Positions 1 to 9,134 of a DNA stretch of 64,000 nt are shown in pieces. The DNA lies in contig JAGUZN010000220.1 of the NCBI GenBank assembly GCA_020060775.1, positions 984 to 64,983 on the forward strand, read 5' to 3'. The DNA is from Armatimonadota bacterium (GTDB taxonomy: Bacteria; Armatimonadota; Hebobacteria; CAIYQO01). The notes beneath the pieces were generated by a model. That model searched no databases and had not been told where the DNA came from. It saw only the letters and a list, made by a program, of their open reading frames with translations. Both the position numbers and the translations under genes were made by a program. Position 1 is the stretch's first letter. Each line of letters opens with the position of its first letter.

Positions 1-2
1 AC

Positions 3-101
3 CAGGTAAGTCAGGTCGTAACCGAGTTCCAACGCTTCCTTGAGGGGCAACTCACAACAGATGACCCGGATGCATTGCCGGTGCTGCAGATCGAGAGGTA
101 A
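3..101 (+). CDS. 3' end of an upstream gene (partial; open frame from window start to TAA at 99-101), probably co-transcribed with the following 969-aa gene
   Basis: Open reading frame without stops from position 3 in the frame ending at TAA 99-101; the ATG of the next gene follows 5 nt later. Confidence 0.3.
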   Translation, partial: QVSQVVTEFQRFLEGQLTTDDPDALPVLQIER

Positions 102-106
102 CTCGG

Positions 107-3016
107 ATGATTCAAGCCTGGGTCTTTTCAAAACTGGAACCAGTCAAAGATGACCCGATGGTGGTCGTGCGTGACCCGTTGGGATTGACGGAAGGCATGG
201 AGAACGCATTACATGCCTGGGGTAAAACACACACCTACGCTGTGATCCCTTGTGCGACTAACCTGCTCTTCCGATATAAATATGAAGAAGCACGGGCGGA
301 TGAAACCATTAAGAAAATACTCATCCTTGATCGTACTCCTTTGAGTCGGCGCACACGTCCTGATTATCATCGAGCAGCGGCGCCGTTCTATCCAGATATA
401 TTGGCGCAAACGCGCCCCGAGGCGTGTATCGAACTGGATCTGCGGCAGTTCTTGCGTGAACAAACAAACGATGCGTATTGGCCACAGGAAGTGAATGAGC
501 CACGCCTGGCCCGCCTGCTCATGAAATATCTCGATGGAGCTCTGCGTGCCCATGAGAATCTACGGGCGGCAAGCCCTGATCGTTTCACCGACCAGGATTT
601 AAAAACGATCATCGCTTTTGCGGCTCTCGGTGTACCGGAAGCTGCTTTTAAGAATCTTTCCGCCAGTGAGTATTGGAAGATCGGTCTGCGTGGTCATCAT
701 GAATTGCGCGGGTTGGAGCAGCTCATGCCTGAGATCACCGAGACGATCACCGGCAAACTGAAGAAGGCACCAGCCCCGTTCTGTTGGCTTGCTGATAAAT
801 ATGACCCAGACACGGTGATCCGGGCTTTTTACCTTTCCGTTGTGTTGGCACAGCATGTGACGCACTGGCAAACGCTGCCGGCGAATGTTGATCCGATCTT
901 TGGGCGTATGGGCGGCATCGCCCCCGAGACCTTGCAGGATGCTGCCCCCAAGCTGGTGAGCCTTGATCCGGCACGAGCGCAAAGCGACATTCGCGCGATG
1001 GAAGATAAGTTGACCGTTAAGAATTTGCATTTTCTGCTACTCGAACAGATGCAAATTGAGGCACGGTTCGCTGAGGTGATCGAGAAAGAGCAATACTCGG
1101 AATTATTCCGTTCCCTCTCGCTCATTCTCGCCCTTGATAATCTCTGCTCAACACACCCGACCCAGGAAGCGCAAAAGCGGGTGAGTGAGGCGTTACTGGC
1201 TAAACGTTCACAACGCGCGCTGGTTGACCTTCGCCCTTCAGCGACCTGGAAAATATTACGACAGGCATATCTCCGTGCCGTACGACTTCTCGCCTTGCGT
1301 GGGCAACTTGGCAAATTCGTCAAGGAGCTTGACCAATTGCCGGAAACTACGCAGGTGCTCTATCTGGCGCCCGGTCAAGAAAAAACCGTTGCCTTTCATG
1401 TGAAGCCGGATATTTCACTAGCCACCAATAGTGAGAGAGCTTCAGGGGAGATGCCATGGGCACTTCGGGTGTGCCCGGTATGTTATGAGCGTGGCTTAAT
1501 AGAAGAAATTAGTACGCGATCTGAAAAATTCGGATCGATCCCCGTCTTGGTTAGTTACATATGCGAAAACGGTTGCCAACCACAGAGTGGCGAACGCCTA
1601 CACAACGATCCAGATGACAAAAAGAGAGAGTATTTTAAGAAATATGATGTCGGTAAATTGGCCGAGATAGAAGAAATGGAAATACCATATTGGTATCCGA
1701 GAAATCGCATGATGAATGCCCCTGAAGATCAGGAATGTTGGGGAGTAAAATGGCGCGCTGGAACTAGTAACTTTCGAACTGTCGACGAGTTGTTTACAAA
1801 ACGAAATTTGTGGGCTCTCGCTGTACTCTTCAATGCAGCTTCTCAAGAGCAGACCAGCGATGTGCTTAGGTTTAGACTGGAAGCCATTTTACTAAATTTG
1901 TCTCGTATGCAAGGTAACACTACTGATCCTCGCTTCCCCAATAACATTATTCGAGGGACTTATTATACACCTCAAATTATGCGTGAATACTCAGTTTTGC
2001 CGTGGTATGCCGGTAAGATACGAAATCTAATTGATGGTTATTCTAAATTATACCCTTCATACCAGGGCTTTGGAGAGGTTTGCATTTCTACACAATCTGC
2101 ATGTTCAATGGATGCCATTCCAGATAATTCACTTGATTACATATTCACTGATCCACCGTATGGGGACAAGGTTCAGTATGGAGAACTCAACTTTGTATGG
2201 GAATCATGGATGGGGTGGAATACACTTTGGCATGATGATGAGATCATAATTAATGACGTCCGGGGCAAGACCGAGCTTGATTGGTCTGAAATGATGGAGT
2301 GTGTAATTAAGGAGTGTTACAGAGTCTTAAAGCCTGGTAGATGGCTCACTTTATGCTATCACGACACTTCGGAGGGAACTTGGGCACTTGTCCAGGACCT
2401 GATGAAAAACGCTGGTTTTATAGTGGACGTTTCAGGCAGTACTCTATTTATCGAGACAGAGCAGAAATCGTTCAACCAGCTTACGGCTGATATCGAAGAA
2501 ATGTTCTTTATGGCGCACCGCATCTCAGCGCTAACACACCGGCATCCCAGGAGCCAGATGGCATGCGGTCTCTACTGCATAATGGCAAAAGGCTTGCTGT
2601 ATGGATTGACGCCCGGAGAGGCCTACCGGTTTATGGTCGAACAGGGGCATCGGTGCTACAACGTCACCCCGTTTCAGCAGGAGATGTCCCATTTCGCGCG
2701 CATCCTCTCTGGCGAACTAATCGGTATGCCTATTAACGAGATTGCCTCCAGCGGCTATGTCATACATACGCTGGAGGCCAGTCTGTGGTGCCTGCTCACA
2801 ACAGGCTCATTCGAGGATGCTGTATTGACGGCGGTGAACCTGGGCGACGATACCGATACGACGGGATGCGTTGCCGGCGGGCTTGCTGGCGTGAGTTACG
2901 GAGATCATGCAATTAATGCTACCTGGTTATCAGTTATTGTCCGGTCATCTGATATGCGAGCGCTGTCGCAGCACTTTCTGGCAGTGATACCGCAAGAGAT
3001 CGGTATAGGAGTGTAG
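107..3016 (+). CDS. Large multidomain protein: N-terminal domain of unknown function with a Cys-rich Zn-ribbon (CPVCY...CENGC), an N6_N4-type DNA methyltransferase-like core (DPPY motif IV, then RVLKPGR), and a C-terminal ADP-ribosylglycohydrolase-like region
   Basis: Motif 'SMDAIPDNSLDYIFTDPPYGD' followed by 'CYRVLKPGRW' matches the PF01555-style beta-class MTase layout. C-terminal 'THRHP' and 'NLGDDTDTTGCVAGGLAGVSYG' match the ARH-family signature (GGDTDT.AAIAG.L.G). A canonical FxGxG SAM motif was not found; only a degenerate 'VDVSGST'. Confidence 0.6.
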   Translation: MIQAWVFSKLEPVKDDPMVVVRDPLGLTEGMENALHAWGKTHTYAVIPCATNLLFRYKYEEARADETIKKILILDRTPLSRRTRPDYHRAAAPFYPDILAQTRPEACIELDLRQFLREQTNDAYWPQEVNEPRLARLLMKYLDGALRAHENLRAASPDRFTDQDLKTIIAFAALGVPEAAFKNLSASEYWKIGLRGHHELRGLEQLMPEITETITGKLKKAPAPFCWLADKYDPDTVIRAFYLSVVLAQHVTHWQTLPANVDPIFGRMGGIAPETLQDAAPKLVSLDPARAQSDIRAMEDKLTVKNLHFLLLEQMQIEARFAEVIEKEQYSELFRSLSLILALDNLCSTHPTQEAQKRVSEALLAKRSQRALVDLRPSATWKILRQAYLRAVRLLALRGQLGKFVKELDQLPETTQVLYLAPGQEKTVAFHVKPDISLATNSERASGEMPWALRVCPVCYERGLIEEISTRSEKFGSIPVLVSYICENGCQPQSGERLHNDPDDKKREYFKKYDVGKLAEIEEMEIPYWYPRNRMMNAPEDQECWGVKWRAGTSNFRTVDELFTKRNLWALAVLFNAASQEQTSDVLRFRLEAILLNLSRMQGNTTDPRFPNNIIRGTYYTPQIMREYSVLPWYAGKIRNLIDGYSKLYPSYQGFGEVCISTQSACSMDAIPDNSLDYIFTDPPYGDKVQYGELNFVWESWMGWNTLWHDDEIIINDVRGKTELDWSEMMECVIKECYRVLKPGRWLTLCYHDTSEGTWALVQDLMKNAGFIVDVSGSTLFIETEQKSFNQLTADIEEMFFMAHRISALTHRHPRSQMACGLYCIMAKGLLYGLTPGEAYRFMVEQGHRCYNVTPFQQEMSHFARILSGELIGMPINEIASSGYVIHTLEASLWCLLTTGSFEDAVLTAVNLGDDTDTTGCVAGGLAGVSYGDHAINATWLSVIVRSSDMRALSQHFLAVIPQEIGIGV

Positions 3017-3314
3017 GTCTGCCTCCGTTGATGTGGAACACTCATCGCTCTTATAGCGACAGCTTGCCCTTATTTATCCGTAGGGGGACGTCAATATCAA
3101 TTACTCGCGCTCGAAGACACTGCTCTGCATATGGTTGAAGATAGGCACGAATCGGTCATTTAGCTAATCCGACAGGCACTATAAACGACGTATCCATTGA
3201 TATTGCGGAGTCTCACGAAATCATTGCTGGTTTTGGACCTTAGGCGTATACTTGCTCTGTTGGGCAAGTAGCGTTTGGGTGCAAGCCATAGTAATCGGCT
3301 AATGGCGCTATTCT

Positions 3315-4388
3315 TTGAAAGGCGTGGAGCAGACCGTGGCAAAGTTGTTCATGAACGGCCTACAGCTAATTCTATCTTCCGATAGCTTCACTGCATACGA
3401 GGCAGAAATGCCCGAAGATGGTAGCTTGCGGAAACTGCGCGACCGATATGGCGACGGGTGGTTTTTCCATCGTCAAGGTAATAAGGTATATGGTTTTCCA
3501 CAAGTCGATCGTCCTACCATCCCATTTGGCACGTCCGTAGCATTAAAATGCCAAGAAAACCTTTCTATGCTAGCTGCGGTAGTCGGTGATATTATAGGAC
3601 GACGTCGATTCGGAGGCCAGGTATTATTCCGTCATCGTGGTGCGGAGTTCATCAGTAGTACAAAGGAACTCATCAGTGATGTCGCCAAACAAATGCCGGA
3701 TCTTCCCGACATAGTCAAGTTATTCAAAGCTTATCCACGTTTTACTTTAGAGGCAAAAGTCCTTGAGCTACGCGATGGCGATGGTGGGATCGGGTTATTC
3801 GTTACGTTGGGAAGCAGGTGGCGTATCGAAGCACCTCTCCACGATCTGTTGAGTAAAGGTATTGACCTTCAAGGTATGTACGTCGTTCGAAGGTATCCCG
3901 AGAAAGGCCAGCGGAGGCTTGTTGGTAGAATCTCCTGCATTGATAAAGGAACCGTCAAATTGCTAGAGTCATTCGACGGTACGGCTGAGATTGCGTGCGA
4001 CGACGTGTGGCTTGAAGGGAATAGAGAAAATTTTGCCTATTGCTTGAAGCACTTACTGAAGGCGCGTTACCTATCATTTGAGACTAAGCGTAGGGAAATA
4101 GAAGACCAGTTATTGTCGGGGCCTAAATTTCAGACAACGATACAAAGCATTGCACAGTCATTTACAAATAAGCCTCCCATGCAACTCACTCCTGATCTCC
4201 AGTGCATTGTTGGCGATATGATTTCCGTGAAAAATTTCGGCGGATACTGCACTGTGCGTGCCGCTTCTCCAGTGCAATGTTGCTATGATGCTGCACGGAC
4301 GCAACGGATGGAGTATCCCTGGAAAGGGATCGAAAATTTGGTCCGTTTAGTCGTGACACCTTTACAAGAAAATCACCGACGATACTAG
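3315..4388 (+). CDS. Hypothetical protein, candidate APAZ-like partner of the downstream short Argonaute (no recognizable catalytic motif; first gene of the operon)
   Basis: 357-aa ORF (TTG/ATG start ambiguity at 3315/3351). Stop TAG at 4386-4388 lies 2 nt before the pAgo ATG (tight coupling); an AT-rich promoter-like gap is upstream (3017-3314). The role is inferred from synteny with short-pAgo operons only. Confidence 0.4.
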   Translation: MKGVEQTVAKLFMNGLQLILSSDSFTAYEAEMPEDGSLRKLRDRYGDGWFFHRQGNKVYGFPQVDRPTIPFGTSVALKCQENLSMLAAVVGDIIGRRRFGGQVLFRHRGAEFISSTKELISDVAKQMPDLPDIVKLFKAYPRFTLEAKVLELRDGDGGIGLFVTLGSRWRIEAPLHDLLSKGIDLQGMYVVRRYPEKGQRRLVGRISCIDKGTVKLLESFDGTAEIACDDVWLEGNRENFAYCLKHLLKARYLSFETKRREIEDQLLSGPKFQTTIQSIAQSFTNKPPMQLTPDLQCIVGDMISVKNFGGYCTVRAASPVQCCYDAARTQRMEYPWKGIENLVRLVVTPLQENHRRY

Positions 4389-4390
4389 TT

Positions 4391-5605
4391 GTGTTCCCCG
4401 ATAGTGAACAAGGACCTGTTGAACGATTCCTTCGTTCGTTTCGCGACGGGATATCGTCGTCAGCCTTTGCATCTGGCTTTGTCAGGAACTTTTCTCTCGT
4501 CAACTTAAAGATTGAAAAGGTGCGAGTACCCTGGCTGGGGAAAGGGAGTCAGGCTCCTGCGCAAGCGTATAGAAAGGCGATAGATGATTACTTGGCATCC
4601 GCAGATTCGGTGCCAGATGCTGGGATCGTCATTCTCCTAGACGAACATGCCAAACTTCCCGATGCGGTAAACCCGTATCTACATGCTAAATCATCATTGC
4701 TCACGGCAGGTGTCCCGGTCCAGGAACTACGGGTGCCGACTATCAAGCAAGCTGACACATCGCTTTCCTATACCCTGCGTAACATCGCTCTCGCTCTGTA
4801 TGCAAAAATGGGGGGAACCCCATGGACAGTCGACCAGGATATGACGATCAGCGATGAACTGGTGATTGGCATGGGGAGCTGCGCACTCGCAGAGAGCCGT
4901 TTTATAGAGCGTGAAAGATATGTTGGCATCACTACCGTCTTTCGAGGAGATGGCAGCTACCTACTGGGGAACATCTCCAAAGAATGTCCGTACCGTGAAT
5001 ATCCGCAAGTTCTGGAGAGCGAAACTATATCTGTATTGAATGAAATCAAATATCGGAACGGTTGGCGTCCCGGTGATACCGTGCGGATCATATTTCACAC
5101 CTACAAACCATTAAAAAATATCGAGGTAGAAGCGATTGCTGCCAAGTGTGTGCAAGCTATCAGCGGTGAGCAGAATATCGAGTTTGCATTCCTCACGATT
5201 TCTCATGATCACCCTTTTAGACTTTTTGATATCGACCAGCAAGGTATCAAGGGTACGAAAGGCATCTATGTTCCCCAGAGGGGAATTATTATGCAGCTTG
5301 GACGATACACTAGGTTGCTTTGTACAACAGGACCAGAGTTAGTCAAACGTGAAGGATTGCCTTTGCCAGCACCTCTGCTTGTTCATCTGCATCCTGCATC
5401 AACCTACCGTTCATTAGATTACCTAGCTGAACAAGTATTGAAATTTACTGCGCTCTCGTGGCGTTCGACATTGCCTGCGCCGAAACCAGTAACAATCTTT
5501 TACTCTGACCTGATTGCGCAATTCCTGGGTCGCTTACAGCGTATTCCTGATTGGTCTCCGGCAACTCTAAACGCAAAATTACGTGCGAGTCGGTGGTTTC
5601 TATGA
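4391..5605 (+). CDS. Short prokaryotic Argonaute (MID-PIWI only), predicted catalytically inactive
   Basis: PIWI hallmark 'LYAKMGGTPW'. MID 5'-end-binding-like motif 'YLHAKSSLLTAGVPVQ...IKQ' (Y-K-Q-K spacing). RNase H catalytic positions replaced ('VIGMGS' instead of GxDV, 'IFHTYK' instead of RDG). Size of 404 aa is typical of short pAgos. Confidence 0.7.
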   Translation: MFPDSEQGPVERFLRSFRDGISSSAFASGFVRNFSLVNLKIEKVRVPWLGKGSQAPAQAYRKAIDDYLASADSVPDAGIVILLDEHAKLPDAVNPYLHAKSSLLTAGVPVQELRVPTIKQADTSLSYTLRNIALALYAKMGGTPWTVDQDMTISDELVIGMGSCALAESRFIERERYVGITTVFRGDGSYLLGNISKECPYREYPQVLESETISVLNEIKYRNGWRPGDTVRIIFHTYKPLKNIEVEAIAAKCVQAISGEQNIEFAFLTISHDHPFRLFDIDQQGIKGTKGIYVPQRGIIMQLGRYTRLLCTTGPELVKREGLPLPAPLLVHLHPASTYRSLDYLAEQVLKFTALSWRSTLPAPKPVTIFYSDLIAQFLGRLQRIPDWSPATLNAKLRASRWFL

Positions 5606-6843
5606 CGACGTATTTGTCAGGAGTATATGCTCAGCAACTTAGTACCCTAGCGACACATATCGCTGATGATGCAGTGTGGCCATCTCCGTACGCCGGGTTT
5701 CTTTACTATCTGTGTAACAAATACGATCAGCAGTTTCTGGCACCTTTGATTAACCCTTCACCGCCATGTGTTGAGCTCGGGCGGCTTTACGAGGCACCGA
5801 TTCTTGCATCAGCAGGATATTTATTCGCGCTTAACCATCCTGTAGTTCGTGCAAGTTCCGAAGCTTGGCATATTGGGTTTCAACGGCTTGCTGGGCGCGA
5901 TCCCTTCCCAATTGACCGCCAGTCATTCGTATATCGTCCAATAGAACTGCTTGGTATTACACTTGGAGTGAAGCACTGCCCTAATACTACGCAGGCAGAG
6001 ATTGATTGGCTTATAAATGTGCTACAGAGTGCTGAAAGCCGGCTGAAGAGTGCGTCCTGTTGGCAGTACCTGCTTGGTATGTATGCTTCACGACTACTGG
6101 GTAATTCCTGGGCAAAGCGTTCCTGGGATATTGGGCAATTCCCTGTGGATGACTTGAGCATCGTGGTATGGCTGTGCGCCAATACTCCTGATTTAGCGTT
6201 TGAATTCGGTGTAGACCAATTATACAAGCAAGCAGAGGAATCATTACTGACCCAGTGTGCAAAAACGGAGGTTACCATCCCAGATCCCGCACGTGCTGCA
6301 ATACTCTACTCTAGTCTTGACCGAGCTGTGAGCCGGAGTATTGAATCAGAGCACGAGCGCAATTGGCAAATAGGCCGTGATCAAGCCGATGCCCTCTCAA
6401 TCGTTATCACGTTATGCCGTAGATTTGATTTGTGTGTAAGGCAACTCCAACGTAGGCAGCGAAGTCGCAATCCTTTCACTGTACAAGATGAGTATGATGT
6501 CCAAGACCTGATGCATGCTTTGTTGAAGTTACACTTTGATGATGTTCGTCCCGAGGAGTGGACACCGTCATATGCTGGCAACGCATCACGCGTCGATTTT
6601 TTGCTTAAACGAGAGATGATCGTTGTTGAGGTAAAGATGACTCGCGATAGCCTAGCTCAACGTGAGCTAGCGGACCAATTAATTATTGATAAAGAGCGGT
6701 ATCGATCACATTCTGACTGCCGTATACTGGTGTGTTTTGTTTATGATCCGGAGCATCGCTGCACGAACCCGGCAGCATTGGAGAATGACCTCAGCGAGCA
6801 GATCGGTCTATTTAGGGTTGAAGCAATCGTCTCACCTGCGTAG
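5602..6843 (+). CDS. Protein with a C-terminal PD-(D/E)xK nuclease-like domain (restriction-endonuclease fold); candidate effector of the short pAgo operon
   Basis: ATG at 5602 overlaps the pAgo stop TGA (5603-5605), i.e. ATGA coupling. C-terminal motif 'DEYDVQD...SRVDFLLKREMIVVEVKMTRD' has D-x11-E-V-K spacing. The N-terminal ~300 aa are of unknown function. Confidence 0.5.
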   Translation: MTTYLSGVYAQQLSTLATHIADDAVWPSPYAGFLYYLCNKYDQQFLAPLINPSPPCVELGRLYEAPILASAGYLFALNHPVVRASSEAWHIGFQRLAGRDPFPIDRQSFVYRPIELLGITLGVKHCPNTTQAEIDWLINVLQSAESRLKSASCWQYLLGMYASRLLGNSWAKRSWDIGQFPVDDLSIVVWLCANTPDLAFEFGVDQLYKQAEESLLTQCAKTEVTIPDPARAAILYSSLDRAVSRSIESEHERNWQIGRDQADALSIVITLCRRFDLCVRQLQRRQRSRNPFTVQDEYDVQDLMHALLKLHFDDVRPEEWTPSYAGNASRVDFLLKREMIVVEVKMTRDSLAQRELADQLIIDKERYRSHSDCRILVCFVYDPEHRCTNPAALENDLSEQIGLFRVEAIVSPA

Positions 6844-7290
6844 GTCTGCGGAGCAATGTTATGCAAATGCAATTCGTCGTACATCCGAGAACGTATGAGA
6901 TCAACGGCTATTTCTTTCAAGTGCTGTCATGTTGCGCGTTGACTGATGGGCAGGCAGCTAATGCTGCCATGCATTTTTATCAAACACATAAGCTAAAGAA
7001 GAAAGACAAAGGAAAATTAATTAAAGTCATAACGAGCCCTGATACGGATACTGCAGGAATCTTTGGGTAGCACGGCTACCTATGACTACAGATACGCCAA
7101 CCTAAGTTATGCAACGTGATCTGAAGGAAGCATTCAGCAGTATTACCAGGTTACTCCTACATGAGCGTGAGGAGTATTCATTAGGTCGGTCCAAAGACCG
7201 TGCTGATATTTTAAGCGCAGGGTCTCCAATTCCCTCATGGCAGCCCCTGCGACCATTACCTATGTGGATGGTCCTTCACTTATTTGATAC

Positions 7291-8298
7291 TTACAGATCA
7301 AGCAATGATGCCGAATTCTCTTGAAACAACACCCCCATGCGGATATACCGCTGCACCATCACATTCGACCGATGACCGGTCTGCTGCATGATAGATCGCT
7401 CGTTTGCACCTGCACGGGCGGCGGCGGTGCAGTGGCCGGCGCGCAGGGAGTGACCGCTGTAGCGTTTCGGATCAAGGCCGATCTCTTTCACCATCTTCTT
7501 GATGAGATTGGCGACGGCACGATCCGATAAGCGCTCACTGCAGAGTTTGTCATGACGGTTGATGCCGCGGAAGAGGGCGCCGCCGGTAATCCCGCTGGAT
7601 TCCAGCCAGGATTTCAAGGCACGCACTGGACAGGTTTCTTCATGAGTGCCAAATGGTATGGCGACCCAACGCCCTTCACCTTCTTGATCTGTTTTTGATC
7701 GGCGGAGGCAGATAACGACTCCTTCCTCCCTGAAGGTCAGGTCGGCGACATCAAAGGCGACCAACTCGGAGCGCCGGAAGGCGCCAGCGTATCCCAGGAG
7801 TAGCAGTGCGCGGTCCCGCCGGCCTTTCAATGTCTCTGGTAATACCGCCATGATGCGTCTCATGTCATCGGTCATCAAGGCATCGACCTGGCGGGCGGTG
7901 ACGCCGATCCGCCGGCGAATGCCGCGCATGACGGCCCGCACGGCGGCGTGTTGGGTGGGGGAGGGGTGGCCAGCGTGTTGGTGGATGGCGCTGATGGCGG
8001 CCATATAGCGCGAGAGCGTGCTGTACTTGTGGTCGGTCGTCGCCATCGCCGTCATGTAGCAGGCAATCGTCTCAGGGCTGGCCGGCATCGACGGCAAGTG
8101 GTATTGTTCGCACCAGGCCACGAACTGCTGCCAATCCCGCTCGTAGGCCTCCCGCGTGTGTTGCGAGATACCTTCCTCGATGAACTCCTGGACTTGCTCG
8201 ATCAGTGGAACGAGAAGGGTGTGATCGGGGTGCTGGTTGGCACTGGGCCCGATCCGGGCAGGCAGTGATGCTGGCTGGGTGATGGGAGCCTGATCCAT
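7291..8298 (-). CDS. Tyrosine site-specific recombinase / phage-type integrase
   Basis: C-terminal catalytic region 'HSLRAGHCTAAARAG...TGHRS..MVQRYIR' (R..H..R..Y pattern). It sits at the GC-content transition at the right edge of the lower-GC island. Confidence 0.8.
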   Translation of the reverse strand: MDQAPITQPASLPARIGPSANQHPDHTLLVPLIEQVQEFIEEGISQHTREAYERDWQQFVAWCEQYHLPSMPASPETIACYMTAMATTDHKYSTLSRYMAAISAIHQHAGHPSPTQHAAVRAVMRGIRRRIGVTARQVDALMTDDMRRIMAVLPETLKGRRDRALLLLGYAGAFRRSELVAFDVADLTFREEGVVICLRRSKTDQEGEGRWVAIPFGTHEETCPVRALKSWLESSGITGGALFRGINRHDKLCSERLSDRAVANLIKKMVKEIGLDPKRYSGHSLRAGHCTAAARAGANERSIMQQTGHRSNVMVQRYIRMGVLFQENSASLLDL

Positions 8299-8561
8299 TA
8301 ACTGAGTCTTATCGGAAGCTAGAATAGCTTCGAGCTCAGAATAGAGTCAAGTCGCGCCAGTTCAATCCTAAATGTGTTCCCCCTCGGGCTGTCCCCAGCC
8401 GTCATCCTCTGCATTTTCTACCCGAAATGCCTCTAGGCGAGTACGTTTGGCTACACATTTTGCCCTGGAGGTGCCATGTGTTCACGACAGATCGGTTTCT
8501 AGCTTCCGTTAAGACTCAGATATGAGCTACAACGTGTCTGGTAACACCGGTAGGGGGCAGG

Positions 8562-8927
8562 GTGCGTAATACGTTACTTTTAGTTGGTGGCGGCGAATTA
8601 TCAACGCTCATCTACAAGCCTGCCCTGGAGGACGCCAATTTTCAGGTAATCCTTACGCCTGATGCACGGGTGGCAGTGCAAATGGTCATACAGTACCATG
8701 CTCAAAGTATTCTCATTGATGATTCGATTCAGCCCAGTCAAGCTGAGGAAATCATCACCAATATCCATCAACTCACCCCAACAGTTAAGAGCATTTTGCT
8801 CTGTGATGGCGATAATATCAGTGATAATGCTCTCCAGTACCTGTTTGATGGCATATATCAGAAAAGCTGGCCATTACCAGTTTTAGTCACACTGGTTCGT
8901 TTTCTTCTGTGTCAGCAGGAGTCCTAA
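8562..8927 (+). CDS. Atypical CheY-like receiver-domain protein (degenerate; lacks the canonical acidic pocket)
   Basis: 121-aa ORF with an alternating hydrophobic-strand pattern ('LLLVGGG...ILIDDS...ILLCDGD') in a lower-GC patch; weak similarity only. Confidence 0.25.
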   Translation: MRNTLLLVGGGELSTLIYKPALEDANFQVILTPDARVAVQMVIQYHAQSILIDDSIQPSQAEEIITNIHQLTPTVKSILLCDGDNISDNALQYLFDGIYQKSWPLPVLVTLVRFLLCQQES

Positions 8928-9098
8928 GCAACCCGGCGTTTGCTAGAGTGGAAGAATGGGAAGCTTGACAATCCAAGCTGAAGAGCGTATCGTTTCACCA
9001 TATTAATGCATACCTCAACTATGTCCGAGATGCATATCGCCGTCTGCATTACCTGGGAGACATAACCGTCGCATCCGGGCACGCTGCGCTTTTTTCAC

Positions 9099-9134
9099 CT
9101 CTTCCCGGATGCCGGGAAGGGGTTTTCTTTTTCA
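9099..9134 (+). terminator. Intrinsic terminator-like hairpin (CTTCCCGG-ATG-CCGGGAAG) followed by a T-tract
   Basis: Perfect 8-bp inverted repeat read directly, followed by GGGTTTTCTTTTT. Confidence 0.4.

Noticed and set aside
209-1323. Multiple minus-strand ORFs (60-164 aa) overlapping the 969-aa gene, and the many similar antisense ORFs elsewhere (e.g. 9132-9861, 13152-14210, 19090-20630, 50992-52497)
   Set aside because: They are fully embedded antisense in long, motif-supported genes. GC-rich DNA generates long spurious antisense frames. No motifs or RBS.
107-3016. Calling the 969-aa protein a BREX PglX or a Type IIG restriction-modification enzyme
   Set aside because: Those use NPPY/NPPF gamma-class motifs with motif I upstream. 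Here the layout is the PF01555-like D-x-I-x-T-DPPY...RVLKPGG type and no endonuclease motif was seen.
6861-7324. Two small ORFs (69 and 71 aa) between the nuclease gene and the integrase
   Set aside because: No motifs or clear RBS. They could be small island proteins or attachment-site remnants. Left unannotated.
8300-8560. tRNA gene/att site next to the integrase
   Set aside because: I scanned for T-loop (GTTCRANYC) and acceptor-stem patterns. Only a weak AGTTCAATCC segment without a convincing cloverleaf was found, so no tRNA is called by eye.
9099-9134. Reading the hairpin at 9099-9134 as part of the ANT-like gene's coding sequence (ORF track start 9109)
   Set aside because: A perfect hairpin plus T-tract, and alignment of the NTase motif to AadA-like proteins, suggest the real start is about 20-25 codons downstream. 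The hairpin is more likely a terminator for the upstream transcript.
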